A stretch of DNA of 64,000 nucleotides from Amphiscolops sp. MND2022 (GCA_964187785.1 OZ076409.1:47122001-47186000); one strand, 5' to 3'. Shown: positions 40,301 through 53,983, numbered from the stretch's first letter. The notes: generated by a model from the letters alone, not told the origin. Program-made: numbers and translations.

Positions 40301-41400
40301 TTTATTGACGCTTCGCTTATTATTGTTTAAAAAATAAATAGGACGTTTTCGAAAATGCACTCGGTGGGACCTGAAACTAGTTTACTAAGCATTGATGGGA
40401 CTTTAACCGCAATCTTGTTTGTTCCTATTCGCCAAGTAAATAAGTGGTTGTCCCCTTCCTGATTAAACTCAAATCAACAGCTTGTATGGCAAGTTCTCAA
40501 CTTGGTTCATTCACCACCCAACACCTGACAGGCGGATAACTATACTCTATCTTAATTTTTAGCACTTTTTTCAATCGATAAACTATTCGGAATCAATTAG
40601 TGGGACATACTTTGTGGGAATTGAAAAATTACTAGAGCGTGGTCATGTGTCAAAAATATGGAAGTAAGGGACCATGTGTTCAATCCTCCTCAAGGGGCCG
40701 CTACTTGTCAGTTGAAAGTTATTCTTTTAAATTTTAAGGCGAAGAAAATTTGCGTTTGAAGAACATAGTTTGAACAAAATTTGTATTTGAATCTCAAACT
40801 GTCAAAATGAAATTAGTTTCCAATATGAACGTTTAAGGTGCTAAGTTTAAGTCTTTTACATTCGAACACTGTCACTGATTTCTCAAAACATTTCTGACTG
40901 TCATTTTGACTGTTTTTTGGTAGCAACTAAATCTGGGTTTCAATTACTTGAGAATTCTGGGAAACATTACAGAAGATTGTTCCACAATTTGAAAAATTAA
41001 ACTGACCTGGAAGAATAACACGAGTTGCCAGGAAGATGCAATGTGGTCTGCCGTCGTCGTCATGAACCTTTTTCATTCGACAGTTGGCGGCAACTGATTT
41101 GTCCTTGTCGTTGATAAACCTCGCCAAGCCAGAGTTCGTCTCATCGGAAGTGTCAATGAACACTGTGTCTTTTCCCTCCTGAACTTCCATCACGTAGTCA
41201 AAGTTGGCGACTTGAGTTGCTCTCCTCGGCCCCCAATAACTCAGGAGAAACTCTTGCGCTTCAAATTGCTTTTTCACGAAAAGCCCTCTTCCAGTCGTTC
41301 CATTGGCGAATTTGACGGTCTGGACAATGAAACCCTCCGGATCAGAATAGAGGAAGTCTTTCCACGATTCAGTTTTTCGCGCAGCACTACGAGTAGACAT
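31312..41400 (-). CDS. SET-domain / tyrosine recombinase fusion protein, ~1726 aa, 5 exons (one +1 homopolymer frameshift at ~35430)
   Basis: Exons 41400-41007, 37338-35266, 34915-33447, 33049-32275, 31782-31312, all GT-AG and phase-compatible. The splice rebuilds SET motif ILPG|EELRYDYG. YR motifs: FNKKR, PGKGGK, STKLRK, FLGH, HDKYY. C-terminal W..W..VRN Myb/SANT-like region. Confidence 0.85.
31855..32175 (-). repeat. ~96-bp tandem repeat with the AGCAACGCCCGGTG core in reverse orientation, in the last YR intron
   Basis: CACCGGGCGTTGCT at 31962, 32059 and 32154. Confidence 0.85.
35600..36950 (-). repeat. 57-bp coding minisatellite (19-aa PAKSGEAKPAVGEKLASKP), about 23-24 copies, in exon 2
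   Basis: Visible in the DNA and in ORF 35231..37252. Confidence 0.95.
39445..39870 (+). repeat. 77-bp tandem repeat with the AGCAACGCCCGGTG core and a GACTT(A/G)GTCGAAC motif
   Basis: Core at 39521, 39598, 39675, 39752 and 39823. Confidence 0.9.
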
Positions 41401-41840
41401 GGTTTTCTGAAGAGCAAGAAAGGTAGGGTTTTGTCACACAGAGCAGTTCAACCAAAAATTAACATCAATAAAGCCAATGAAATATGAACTCTACATTATA
41501 ATAAATAAGTAAACCTTTTAGTGTTCAACTGAAACCGTTCGATTATGTTTTAGAATTTAGGAAGAATGAAAAAATGTGCTCAATGACAGTGTTGCTACTA
41601 GGAGAAAATTCAATCGAGAAAATCTAATACTTTGCGGATTTATGGTGTCTACTTTTGATCCGGAAAAAACATTAGTGAGTCAAAATACTGTGATTCATTG
41701 TTTTAGCGAGAAAAAAAGAACAAAATTTTGAACCAATGTTGTCAGTTTTGAAAGCAAAGAGTTCTCAAGAAATCAATGTCAGCTTCGAATTGAAGAAAAG
41801 CCAAAGTTTTCATTGGTCTGGTCACGCTCCCATTTTCTGT

Positions 41841-43938
41841 TCAATTTTGTTGGTCCCAAGATTCTATTTCGTCCCAGTGGAAGTCCCAAGTGGATTCGCA
41901 GTACATGTAGAGGAAAACCTCCCAGGGGCTCTCGAAGGGCTCTTTTCCTTTGGGGTGTCTACGTTGGTCAGCCTTGATGATAGCCAGCATCTTCCTCAGC
42001 TCAACTTTACTGACAGTGCTCTCTGAACGATGACGATATGACCACTCTCTGTAGAGGAATATGACAACCAAGGCTTCAAAGTGAGGAAATGCAAAGGAGG
42101 GTTGGAAACCTTGTTCGAGTTCCTTCTCGAAGGCCAGGGCGCTCCGATACATGTGCTTCTCCATAATGAAGATACAGCCAAACGCCACGCTCTCTTCCGG
42201 GGTGAACACAAAATGAATCCATTGACTGGGTAAGAACAGACAATCGCCTTTTTCTAGCACTATCTGATGCGTTGTCACGTCCCGGTGAAAGCCGAAGAAG
42301 AATGAACTGAAACAGAGAGCATGTTGAAGAAGCAACTATTAACCCATGAATTGGTCATAGGGATCTAAAATTCACTACCGTTCGTTCATCGCGCACATAG
42401 TTGTCATATATAAAAATCGGTGGTAGATTAATACCATCGATCAATAGCAACGCTCGGTGCTGGAAAAAAGTAACAATTGTTGCGACCTAAATTTGAGATA
42501 AAAAAGGAACGCCCGGTGCTGGAAAAAAATTAATTATTGCGGCTTCATATTTAAGATGAAGAAGCAACGCCGTGATGGAAAACGAGAGTGTTTTTAGGAT
42601 TCGAACGAAAAAGCAATCGATCATTGATGCTTCTCCAACGTTCTAAAAATTGAAGAAAAAACCTAAAAAATACTTTTGAATTTGTACCTATTTTTCAGAA
42701 CATTTATGACGCAAGCAAAGCTCCTGATCATGTGCCTTGAATAAAGTCTCACTTACTTTCTGTTACCGCTCGCAAGCCATTCCTCAAAAAGCTTTTGATT
42801 TTCCTCGGTTGGCTCCACAACAAAGAAGTGTTTCTGGCCCTTTGCCAAAATGTAGAAAATGGATGTGCCCGTGAAGTCCTGATGCCAGTTAGTTTGCGCT
42901 CCAGCTTCTGACATCAGCAGGTAGTCACTAATTCCTGATGTGAAATCAAATGCCAACTGGTTTTTGGGGCTCATAGAATTCTTCGTGCAATGGCCAAAGG
43001 AAATGTCCGTCACTATATTGGGCAAACAAAACCGGTGAACCATCCCGCTCTTTGAATCCGCGTTGAAGTCAATCACATTCATCGGATGATATTCATGCTC
43101 AAGGCTGCGGTCTTCATTGTGCTCAAGAAACTCCTCCAGAGTGAATTCATCTTCATTTTCTTGAATCGGAGAGAAACAGACATTAATTTTGACCTCCCCT
43201 GGAATTCCCTCTGTTACACAACGAAAAGACGTCAAGCTTTCAGCAGGAGGAGTTGCGATACCAGGAAGTTTGTTGGTACACTGGCGTATAACAACAGGTT
43301 TTGAAGGGCTCCCGTTGCAAAACTTGGATCTAATATCGTCCACATTCAGCACATCAAAATCATTTGTGGCAGGCGGTGCTTTTGCAAACACATGCTGCTG
43401 GAATTCCACAGAACCAACTTTGACTCCAATTGGGGGAAGCGAACTGAAGTTTGTTGAGTAAGAAGCGACGCCCTCCACGGCAGTCTCCAGCTGTTCCTCG
43501 ACCGCGACTTCGGTTGTCCTCGGAGGTGTTTTTTTTGAATCTTCAGCTCTCTCTTGAACGTCAACCGCTTCAGCACCCGTAAGAGTTTCTTCGGATGAGA
43601 CTTCACTTCTCTCTCCAAGAGAAGCAAGGGTTTCCAGTTTAAATTGAAGCGACTCGTCACTTGAGAAAGGAGGGCTCTCATCCGCGAGAGATCGTCGTTC
43701 TGGGGTCTCTGGAACAAACGGTTCCAAAACTGCGCTTTGGTCGACAAGATTTGCACTTTCCTCAACTGCACCAGAGGATGTAGTGGGCTTTTGTTCCAAA
43801 AACGTGAAAGTTGTCGCCGTTTGGGAAGTACTGGTTGTGGCTGGAGCAAGATGGTACTTTTTTTGTGCCGCGTTAGATCAAAACTTCGAGTCGTTGTCGT
43901 GCCACAAAATTCACACTCGAAGATACCTTTTTGGCGTT
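41841..43938 (-). CDS. C2H2 zinc finger plus JmjC 2-oxoglutarate/Fe(II) oxygenase, KDM2/KDM7(PHF8)-like histone demethylase; 5' end incomplete; one homopolymer frameshift at ~43860
   Basis: Exons 43938-42757 and 42306-41841 join in phase 2. YLLMS..TNWHQDFTGTSIFY..GQK..PT and LFLPSQWIHFVFTPEESVAFG give an intact HxD..H triad. CEFC..LTRHKK(K)YH finger. Confidence 0.85.
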
Positions 43939-44329
43939 CTGAAACATAAGACTCGTTATGCGAAGGAATCAAACGGAAGCCAAAAAGAATGCTACAATAT
44001 TCGACTTGGTGCCAGTAAAAAAGTTGGTTATAATCGAAGTTTATCGATCAATCTTAGATGTAATCTAGTCACTGTTCATGCGGTGCAACACCCGGTGCTG
44101 GAGAATGAGACTGTTCCTTAAAACTCGAAGAAAAAGCAACGCCCAGTGCTACAAAAATGAGGTTAAAACAAGCGCGACACAATTCAACTAGCCACTGTCA
44201 TGAATACTATATTGGTATTTATTTATATATTATTCAGGACAGGGCTTGTCAAACTATGCCAGAGACAGGTTATTCTAACATATCTCCCTGAATTTCGTTT
44301 TTTGTATTCAATTAAAAAAGAAGTATCGA

Positions 44330-47310
44330 AACACTTTTTGACGAAAATCACTTTCTGAGTTTTTCATTGAAATCTTTTTCAGAAACACAGGATCTTTTTC
44401 TCAAAATATTGAAGAATAGTCTGTATTTCCAACCGCCACTTGCAGGAAAATACAGTCCAGGTTGAAATTTAAAAACACAGCATAACAATTTCTGACAAAG
44501 ACTGCATCAGACTTCATTCATTGAACTTCGTTGAATGAAGCGAGAAGGTCTTGGTCCCAAAAATGTTGAACGAAGAATCGAGAAACGATATCAACTTTAC
44601 TACCAGTAACAATGTTTTTCGAGTGGAGCAGAAATTAAAAAAAACCATCAAACACTCAATTAAACTACCAGAATTCCTTCACCTGGATTCATTCAACCAA
44701 AACAAATCATTGTAACAAACTTTCAAAATGTTAAAATTTAACATGTCGAGCAGATTAGAACTGCACCATGTGTCTTTCAAGGAAACCATGTTGAACAAAA
44801 CAAGGAAGTGCCGGCTTCGAAAAGGATCCATCCCTTACTTCCTTCAACACAATTTTCCGCGCAGGAACGAAAAAAAATGTTTAACGCGACGTATTTGATC
44901 TGAGAAGCAACTCTCCTGCTATAGTGTAGTGTTCATATAGTCCGAGCATTGCACCCAACTAAAAGAGCGTCTGAGGTTCGATGTTCATTTGAAATTCTTT
45001 ATACGTACAAATGGAAAGAGTTCTACGAAGTTGTAACAATTTTATCGAAAAATTTTCTCTCCAGAACCCACTTGGTTTATTTCTTGGGAAAATCAAGAAA
45101 AAATGAAGGAAAAGAGGAAAAAATCTGACTTTTTTAGCAGAAACGATTACGCACTTGCCGTGGCGTTCATGTTCGACCTATGCTGCTGAGTTTTCAGTTG
45201 CTGAAAGGGTGAAAATCATAGTGAAAGGTCGAACATTCTACAGGAGTTCGACCTTTGCCCCTAATTGTGATTACCACAGCACACAATGAATCTCGTGATC
45301 GCTTATCTCATTTCGTGATTTTATGTCGACAAAAATTGGGCTCGGAACCAATTGACGAGGTTCAACTTGATTGCATCGCATTTTTTTGAGAATTCTAGCG
45401 TCAATTTGAAACTTGACACCTTAATCATTTCAAACTAGCAACGCAAGGTGCTGGTGATTACTACATCTTTACTGTACTTTAATCTGAAAAAGAGCTAGTG
45501 AAAAAGCAGCACCCGAAACTTGAAATATGTTTGAAAAGAAAATTTTGATTAGATTTTATTGCTGAGAAAATTTCTTTTGAAATAGGCGCCTTTAACACAA
45601 AAAGACATTTGGTCTTTTGGGACAAAAAGGTTTGAAAATTAGGGGAAAATAAAATCACAGCAATTTTCGTAACGAGTGTTCGTAAAACTTCCGGACCGCG
45701 CGTCAGCGTTTTGCCCTTCTTTCATTTTCACATGTTACCAAGGTTTAATTTCAAACAAATTGATGTTTTTATGTAACCGAACAACCGTTCAGGAAAAGCA
45801 ACGCCCGGTGCTGAAAAAAACACAATGTCAATGTGATTCCGCCTTAAAATTTGGACAAAAATAGCAACGCCCGGTGCTGGAAAAGATTGGGTTTTTGCGC
45901 AGTATTGTTTTCATTTAGAAAAGCGTGGCCCTGTGCTGGAAAACTGGACTGTTATCGAGCCTTATAGTTTGAACGGAAATTGTAACGCCCGGTGCTAGAA
46001 AAACGAGTTTGTTATTGTGCCTGAAGAGTTGAACAAACATAGCAACTCCCGGTGCTGAAATAGAAAATTTTCGCGCCTTGTTGTCACGACTCTTCAGACG
46101 GACGACTGTCTGGTGATAAGAGTCTGAGTCTACTTAAAAGAAACTTAGTTTATTCAAAGTATCAACTACGATGTAATTTGCTCTCAGAACCTATTTGTTT
46201 TCAATATTGATTTTTCAAGTTTCTATCAGGGAGGTACTAAAGGAAACATGCTCGACGTTGATCACCTGGACATTGACCCAAGGGATATAATGGTTTTCAT
46301 ATATCAATCGGGACGACGTCTAGTTGAATCAGGTCAAAAAATTGCATTCGAAAGAGTAACAACTTTATCCGAACCCTTCGTGACACTTTCGTTTTGTGAT
46401 TAGAAAAATGAAAAGTCCCGCGTGAAAGAAAGAAAAATGAACTGTTTACACTTGAAAACGGAAGACAAGAAAACAGATATTGCGATTCTTCTCGAGTATG
46501 ATACATAGGTTCTACGAAAGACTTCTGTAAACACATAACGTAACACTTTCTGACGAAGACTGAATCAGACTTCTTTCATTGAACTTTTTTGAATAAAGCG
46601 AGAAGGTCTTGGTCTCAAAAATGTTGAACGAGGAGTCGACAAAGGACTTCAACCATTACTACAGGTAACAACCTATTTCGAGTAGAACAGACTCAAAAAA
46701 TAAACGTAAACGCTTGTTCAAACCACCAGAATTTCTTCATGTGGTTTCATTCATCTAATGAAAAGTATTGTGACAATTTGATAAAAAGGTCGTTACAATT
46801 TCAGACTAAGACTGCACCATGTTCATTTCAGTGGAACTATATTGAAGCACACAAGTGGGTCTTGGGCTCGAAATGTTGAAAGCGATGAATCGAGGAATCG
46901 TTCCCTCCCTTGCTCTTCCGGTAACAAAACATTCCGACCAGAACGAAACAAACATCATTTTACGTGACACATTTGGTCTGGTCGCCAATACTCCTGCTAT
47001 AAGGTAGTGTTCATATAGTAAGAGCATTGCGCCCAACCGTAAGAGCGTCAAAGTTTTTGTTATGTATATGATGTTCTTCACACATACAGAAGGAATGAGT
47101 TCTACCGAGTTTAAAACTATCGAAATGTTTTCTATCCAGGACTCAGTTAGGATTTTCTCTCGAAAAATTTTGAATAAAAGAAAATAGAGTAAAAACAAAA
47201 TTTTTTTAAAGCAGAAACGATCATGCAGCTGCAATGTCGTTCATGTTCGACCTGTGCTGCTGGGTTTTCAATTGCTAAGAGGGTGAAAATCATAGTCGAA
47301 GGTCGAACAT
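44330..47310 (+). repeat. Diverged ~0.9-kb direct duplication (~44330-45260 and ~46380-47310)
   Basis: Shared blocks such as AAGCGAGAAGGTCTTGGTC, ACTGCACCATG and GGGTGAAAATCATAG..GGTCGAACATTCTAC. Confidence 0.8.
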
Positions 47311-49579
47311 TCTACATTTCATTTTATACAAGTTAATTTAATTAATTTAATTTTACAAGCTTTAATTTTAAACAAACTGATGTTTATTATACACTTGGAC
47401 AGCCAAGCAGAAATGCAACTCCTGGTGCTGGAAAAAAAATTGGGAAAGGTTTTCGGCCCCAAAATTTGAACAAAAAGCAACGCCCGGTGCTGGGAAACTA
47501 GACTGTTATTGGGCGTTAAACTTTGAACGGAAAGAGCAACTGTTGATTTTTGAAGTTTCTACAGGAAACACGCTAAACATAGATCACCTGGATATTGACC
47601 CAAGGGATATAATGGTTTTCATATATCACTCGGGACAACGCTTGGTTGAATCAGGTCAAAAGATTGTATTTGAAAGGGAAGCAACAATTTTTATCCCAAC
47701 CTTTTGTGACACTTTCGTTTTTTGCTTGGAAAATTGGCTAGCAAAAATATATTAAATATATTGTCCATCTTGATACATGTATTTGAAAAAAATCAATTTA
47801 ATCAAAAATTCATTTTCTTTTGACTTGTTCAAAACACTAAAGATTTTTGTTTTATTCCAGCAAGGGGGGTTCGTGTTTGAAATTAAAATACGCGTGAGAA
47901 TTTCCTAACGCGTATATATATATATTTGTGTTTTAAAAAAACAATAAGTTTGATTGAGTATTTCAAACAAAAATTTGAAAATAGGTTTTTCGAAAAATCA
48001 ACTGACAACACATCAATTTCATTTTTTTTTCATTGTTTAGTAAAATCAAGCATTTAATGTTATTTCAGTTTGCGGGGTCAATTTGAATATTTCAAGTTTT
48101 AAGGGGACGAGAACTTCCTAAAGCTTCCTAAAACTTCCTATACCGAACAATAATTTGAAATTAACTGTATTTCAAAAAATGAACTGAGTTATCTAATCAT
48201 GAAGTAAAGTTCAACGTTCAAAAAAATCGAAGTTTTAATTTTTCAATGTTCCTGTTGGGGGGGTTTGATTATAATAATTTGTGAATGTGCATGAATTTCC
48301 AAATGCGCATAACGTTTTGATTTCTGAAAGTTTAAGTCCGACTTACAGTATTCCAAGCAATAAACTAATTTCATGAATTTAATTCAAAAGAATTAGTTGT
48401 TTCAAACGTAGTTCCAGTTGGGGAGATTTGATCAAACCAATTGATAATATTATTTTCTGCATTATATAATTCCCAACCACCTTATAATTCTCAACCACTG
48501 AGCGTTGCTATTTTAATGAACAACCAATATGAAAACATTAGCCGAAAGGATTTTGTCAGGACTACAAAAAACCGAGTTAGTGTCAAGCAGCTCTCAACAC
48601 TCATTTGCAACTCAATTATCGGTTCACCTTCAGACACATACAATTGCGTATACTGTAACGAGCTTCCCCTAACGAATGATGAACTTGACAGCGTGATTAA
48701 CCACTACACTAACTCGGTTTGAAGAGAAGCAGTTTTAACTTAATCATGCAAGATTACGTACCAAATAGCATATAAGAGAAAATAACGAAACGAAATTAGT
48801 CCCATTCAACGAAAAAGCAAAATTAGTTTCATAAAAACATTTAAAAAAACCGAATACAGTTAAACAATTAGCTCACGAATTTTGTCTCTAATGTTGATAC
48901 ATTTTTAGTGAGTGTTTTGAATTGTGAATGCTTTTGACCACAAAAACTTTCTCGTAAACAATTTTATTGTTTCCTGAAAAGCATTTCATTTTTTTAATTT
49001 GAAACCTTTAGTTTATTTGCTATTATGTTAGTTCGACCTTGTGCTGGTAAAAAAGTCTCATGTCCTACCAAGTGCGGGTCCGACCTTGTGCAATTAAAAT
49101 TACGACCGCATATAGGAGATTAACACAAAATGTGTTGTGCAAAAGCTGATTTCATGCTTTTTTGCTCCTTTCCTAAAAACTATACACAAGTGTCCAGCGT
49201 CACCAGTGATGACTTTACACGAGGGGGTGCCCTCGTTCAGAGTTTAACCCTGAAAAACAGCAAAGGAAGAAACCCCCTCCTGTTTTAGGTTTTTAGCCAT
49301 GTTTGGGATCAAAATTTTCAAACTTGCTGTTAGGAATAGTGGGTTGAAATTCCATTGATTGCCTTGCAAACGTTTTAAGCAGCACTAACATGCCCCCCGT
49401 TGAGAAATTTCAAACACCGCCCCTGTGCGTAACGGAAAGAAAAATAAACTACAATTGGAAACTGAAGACAAGAAATGAGATTACTCTTATTTCAAGAACG
49501 ATACATAGGTTCTACGAAAGCTTCTGTAATTGAAGACCTTTTAAAAAAGGTTAATTCCCAAATAGCAAACAACATAAGT

Positions 49580-50250
49580 CTTGAAAACTAGACTGTTACT
49601 GCAACTTAAGATTAGAATAAAAGAACAACGCTCGGTCCTGGAAATTGAGACTATGACTGTGCCTTAAAATTCGAACAAAAAAGCAACGCCCGGTGCTAAC
49701 AAACTAGACTGTTATTGCGCCTTAAAATTCGAAGAAAAAAGCAACGCCCGGTACTGGAAATTGAGACTATGACTGTGCCTTAAAATTCGAACAAAAAAGC
49801 AACGCCCGGTGCTAACAAACTAGACTGTTACTGCGCCTTAAGATTCGAAGAAAAAAGCAACACCTGGTACTGGAAATTGAGACTATGACTGTGCCTTGAA
49901 ATTCGAACAAAAAAGCAACGCCCGGTGCTAACAAACTAGACTGTTACTGCGCCTTAAGATTCGAATAAAAAAGCAACGCCCGGTATTGGAAATTGAGACT
50001 ATGATTGCGCCTTAAGATTCGAAAAAGAAAGCAACGCCCGGTACTGGAAATTGAGACTATGACTGTGCCTTAAAATTCGAACAAAAAAGCAACGCCCGGT
50101 GCTAATAAACTAGACTGTTACTGCGCCTTAAGATTCGAAGAAAAAAGCAACGCCCGTTTCTGGATATTGAGGCTGACTGCACCTTGAGTTTCGGGAAAAA
50201 GCAACGCCCGGTGCTGGGAATTGAGACTGACTGCGCCTTGAGATTTGAAA
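49580..50250 (+). repeat. 58-bp tandem repeat with alternating A/B monomers (116-bp higher-order unit), AGCAACGCCCGGT core
   Basis: Core at 49682, 49740, 49798, 49856, 49914, 49972, 50030, 50088, 50146 and 50200. Confidence 0.9.
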
Positions 50251-50327
50251 AATACCTGAGCCTAGTAAAACAAGATTAAAATAAAAAATATTTAACAAAA
50301 TAAAAATTGAAAAAGCAAACAACTTAC

Positions 50328-50517
50328 TTGGAGGTGGTGAAGGAAACTCACTGGGTTCCACAGCTTCTTTTTGTCGCTTCTGACAAGTCTTTTTAGCAAC
50401 ATGCTGCTGCAATTTGGTCGTGCTTGCGCAAATTAACCCACATAGTTGGCAAGTGCAGCGGAAAATGCTTTGAGCTTTTCGTGTTCTTTGGCCTTAAAAA
50501 CAGAATCGTGTGAAAAC
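50328..50517 (-). CDS. Probable upstream zinc-finger exon of the JmjC gene (6.4-kb intron); 5' part out of frame
   Basis: Encodes CQLCGLICASTTKLQQHVAKKTC. The phase-1 GTAAGT donor at 50327 fits the acceptor at 43939, giving PPP-K-RQKGIFEC. Confidence 0.5.
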
Positions 50518-53500
50518 CTGAGAACTGATTTGGAAAACACAATCTCATGAGTTTATCAATAAATTGATGATTGATTTTTACGATCGATAAATTTTGATTG
50601 ATTTTTTATCGAAAAATTGATGATTGATGAAATAATTTTTGGACAGCCCTGCAAATGAATGATCAAGCAAATGAAATGAATTTTCAACAGAGGCTTGGAC
50701 GCAAACCAAGAACCTTCAATTTTATTTAAATCCAGGTACAATTTTTTTTCACAAGCTGTTTTTGACTGTTTTTGGTGGTGGCGGTGAGGGGGATGGTTTG
50801 TTCAATAATTTTTGTTCACGGTGAATTCCCAGATAACACAAGAGCAAATAACATAAAAATTGAATTAGTTTCAAATAACATGAAAATAAAATTGTTTACG
50901 AGAAAGTTTGGATCTTTTGTTAATCCCCCCTACCGTTTTAATTCCCCCCAGTTTTTATTACTCTATATTACTCTACCTTTTTTTAACTCTAACAGCAACT
51001 GAAACTCATCTCTGTTACGAGGGGGGGTGGTGTTTCATAATTTTCTCTGTGGGGGAATTAACAGCAAAGATCCGAAAGTTTTAGTGTTCGAAGCATTCAC
51101 AATGCAAAAGACATTCACTGAAAAAGTATGAGAATTACAGATAAAATTTAGTGAGTTCGATTGTTTAACCGGGTATTTGGATTTTTTTTTGAAACTAATT
51201 TCATTTTTACGTTTAATGGAAAGAAATTCGCTTTTATGTTATTTGCTCTTATGTTATTTGGTACAAAATCTTTGTTTACTAACCCAGGCATCTTGATTGA
51301 TGGCGACTGAACAACCACTTCTGATTGGCTTGGAATTCCTTCGCGCAGTGAGTGCAGTGTAAAGGCATATCTTGTTCCAAGAATGATTGATTATCATTTT
51401 TTTAGTTTTCAATTTTGAATTTGAAAAAGTTTTAAATACAATGTTGTACGTCCTTGAGTGCAACCATTATATCGTCGAAAAGAAAATTCAAAACTTTACT
51501 TCACTTTTCGAAACAAATGAGAAAACTGAAACATAGAAACCAAAAGAAAAATGATCATCACTGATATCGGTGGAAATATTGTGATTTGAATAGGCGAGTA
51601 GACGATAGGTATTCAAATTTTGATTGAGAGAGCGAACGCAACTGAATGATAAAGAGAGTGGATATTGAATGGCGACTGCGCTGGAAGAAGCGATGAGTCA
51701 CATGAGTCACCGCTTTGAACTCCGCAGCTCGCTTTGTTAGAATCATAAACAAACATTGCTTGCACGACGCTGCATCGTTCAACTAGTGGAATTTCCACCG
51801 CACTCCTTTTTTCGTCGACAAAACCAAGAAAGTTGACTCCCAATAAAAGAGCGGCAGCTCGGAATACAAACTCAGCCTCCTTTCATTTCAAACAAAACTT
51901 GGTTTCAAAACCCGAACATCGAGTTGAATAAAGAATGTAAACAGAAAGTAGTTACCGAACTGCGCTGCTCGTGATTTTTTTCTTTTCTTTCGATTATATC
52001 AAAGGAACAGAGATCAAACAGCTTTAGTGTTTTTTTTTGGGGGGGGGAGGGAGAATTTCCCAACAAGGTGTACCTTGGAAATAGATGACATGGTCCGATT
52101 TAAGAAATAACTGGTTGGATTTTATGCCTTTTGGTTTCTATAAGAACAGTTTTCAAAAAGTAAACTGAATAAATGAATCCTAAATTAAATTTTATGAATA
52201 ATGTAAATCAAAGATATTTTTATTGAGGGGGTGGGGGGCGGTGGTTTGTTTGGTACATGTATTTAAAAAAATCAATTTGATCAATAGTTCATTTTCCTTT
52301 TACTTGTTCAAAACAATTTTCTTTTCATTTAAAATATTCTCCAGAACTGCAATCCTTTTCAATACAAAAACAAGATATAGAGACCGAATTCTATATTCTT
52401 CTCACGTATACCGAACAATAATTTGATATTAACTGTACTTCAAAAAAACGAACTGAATTAACTAATAAAGTTCAACGTTCGGTAAAATCGAGGTTTTGAA
52501 TTTTCATTGTTGTTCCAGTTGGGGGGGGTTTGATTATAATTATTAAATAATTAATAAATTTGTGAATGTGCATGATTTTCCAAATGCGCATAACGTTTTG
52601 GTTTTTGAAAGTTAAGTCCGACTTACAGTATTCCAAGCAATAAACTAATTTGATGAATTTAATTCAAAGGAACTAGTTGATTGTTTCAAACGTTGTTCCA
52701 GTTGGGGAGTATTTGATTAAACCAATTGATTTTTTTCCATTATATAATTCCCAACCACCTTATAATTCTGAACCACCGAGCGTTGCTATTTTAAGCCGAG
52801 TCAAACAACCAAAATGAAAACATTGGTGAATTTCCAAATAACATTGGGAATAAGAATGCCGAAAACATTATCTGTAAGGATTTTGTCGGGGCTATAAAAA
52901 ACCGAATTAGATAGTGTCAAGCATCGTACAACACGCAAATGCAATTACCGGTTCACCTTCAGACACATATAATTGCGTATACTGTAACGAGCTGCCGCTA
53001 ACAAATGATGAGCTTGACAGCGTGATTAACCACTACACTAACTCGGTTGAAAGAGCAGCAATTTTAAGTTAATCAAATAACGCCAAACTCACGTAGCGAA
53101 TACTATATAAGAGCAAATTACAAAAACGGAATTAGTTCCATTCAACATAGCGAAATTATTTTCATATATTACGAAAAGCCGAATACCCGGTTAAACAATT
53201 AAACTCACGTTTTTGTCAGTAATTTTAACACATTTTCAGTTAGTCTTTTAGATTTTGAATGCTTTTGACAACTTTCCCAAACAATTTTAATTTCATGTTT
53301 GGTGAAGCTCTTTTCATTTTTATTTTTTTAAAACTAATTTGGTTTTTCATTTGCCATTTTGTTAGTTCGACCTTGTGCTAGTAAAAACAGGTCTCATGTC
53401 CTACCAAGTGCGGGTCCGACCTTGTGCGAGTAAAATTACAACCGCATGTATTAAGTGCAAGTCTTGTGCTATTGAAAAACGGCCTCATGTCCTACCAAGT

Positions 53501-53983
53501 GCGGATTCACGAAAACTGAGTTTACATTTCGCTCGATCAACTGACTTGCTTTGTGATTTTCAAAATCGTTGTAGATAACTAGAAATGACAGATGCTATAT
53601 AGCAAACGAAAATTCCTGAAAATTCAGGTGGTCAAGATAATTATGAGAATAAATTTCGTTATATAACTGAGAATTCTAGTTTATTACTGCCAGTCAATTT
53701 CTATGTTTGTAGCTACAAACAGCAGTAGTTGACTGGTTGATAACTTGCTTGAGTTATCTCGGTTCCCGAATTTCAAAGCTCTTCGAGACAAAATAACGTG
53801 TTTTTGTTACGGTTCTAGTAACCTATTCACAATAACCCTTGTAGCCTATATTAACACTCAACTTATCTCGTGCCAAAACCAAGTATGTGTTCTATAAATT
53901 CAATTCAACCAACAGAGAAAAACAAATAGTTGAAGCGAGAAAACAAATTCAGAAATAAGACTGTTTTTGAAAATTGAAAGTTT

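Larger units (their letters stand above)
47760..53440 (+). repeat. Diverged ~1.2-kb direct duplication (~47760-49110 and ~52250-53440)
   Basis: Shared blocks such as TAAGTCCGACTTACAGTATTCCAAGCAATAAACTAATTT and CATTATATAATTCCCAACCACCTTATAATTCT. Confidence 0.85.
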
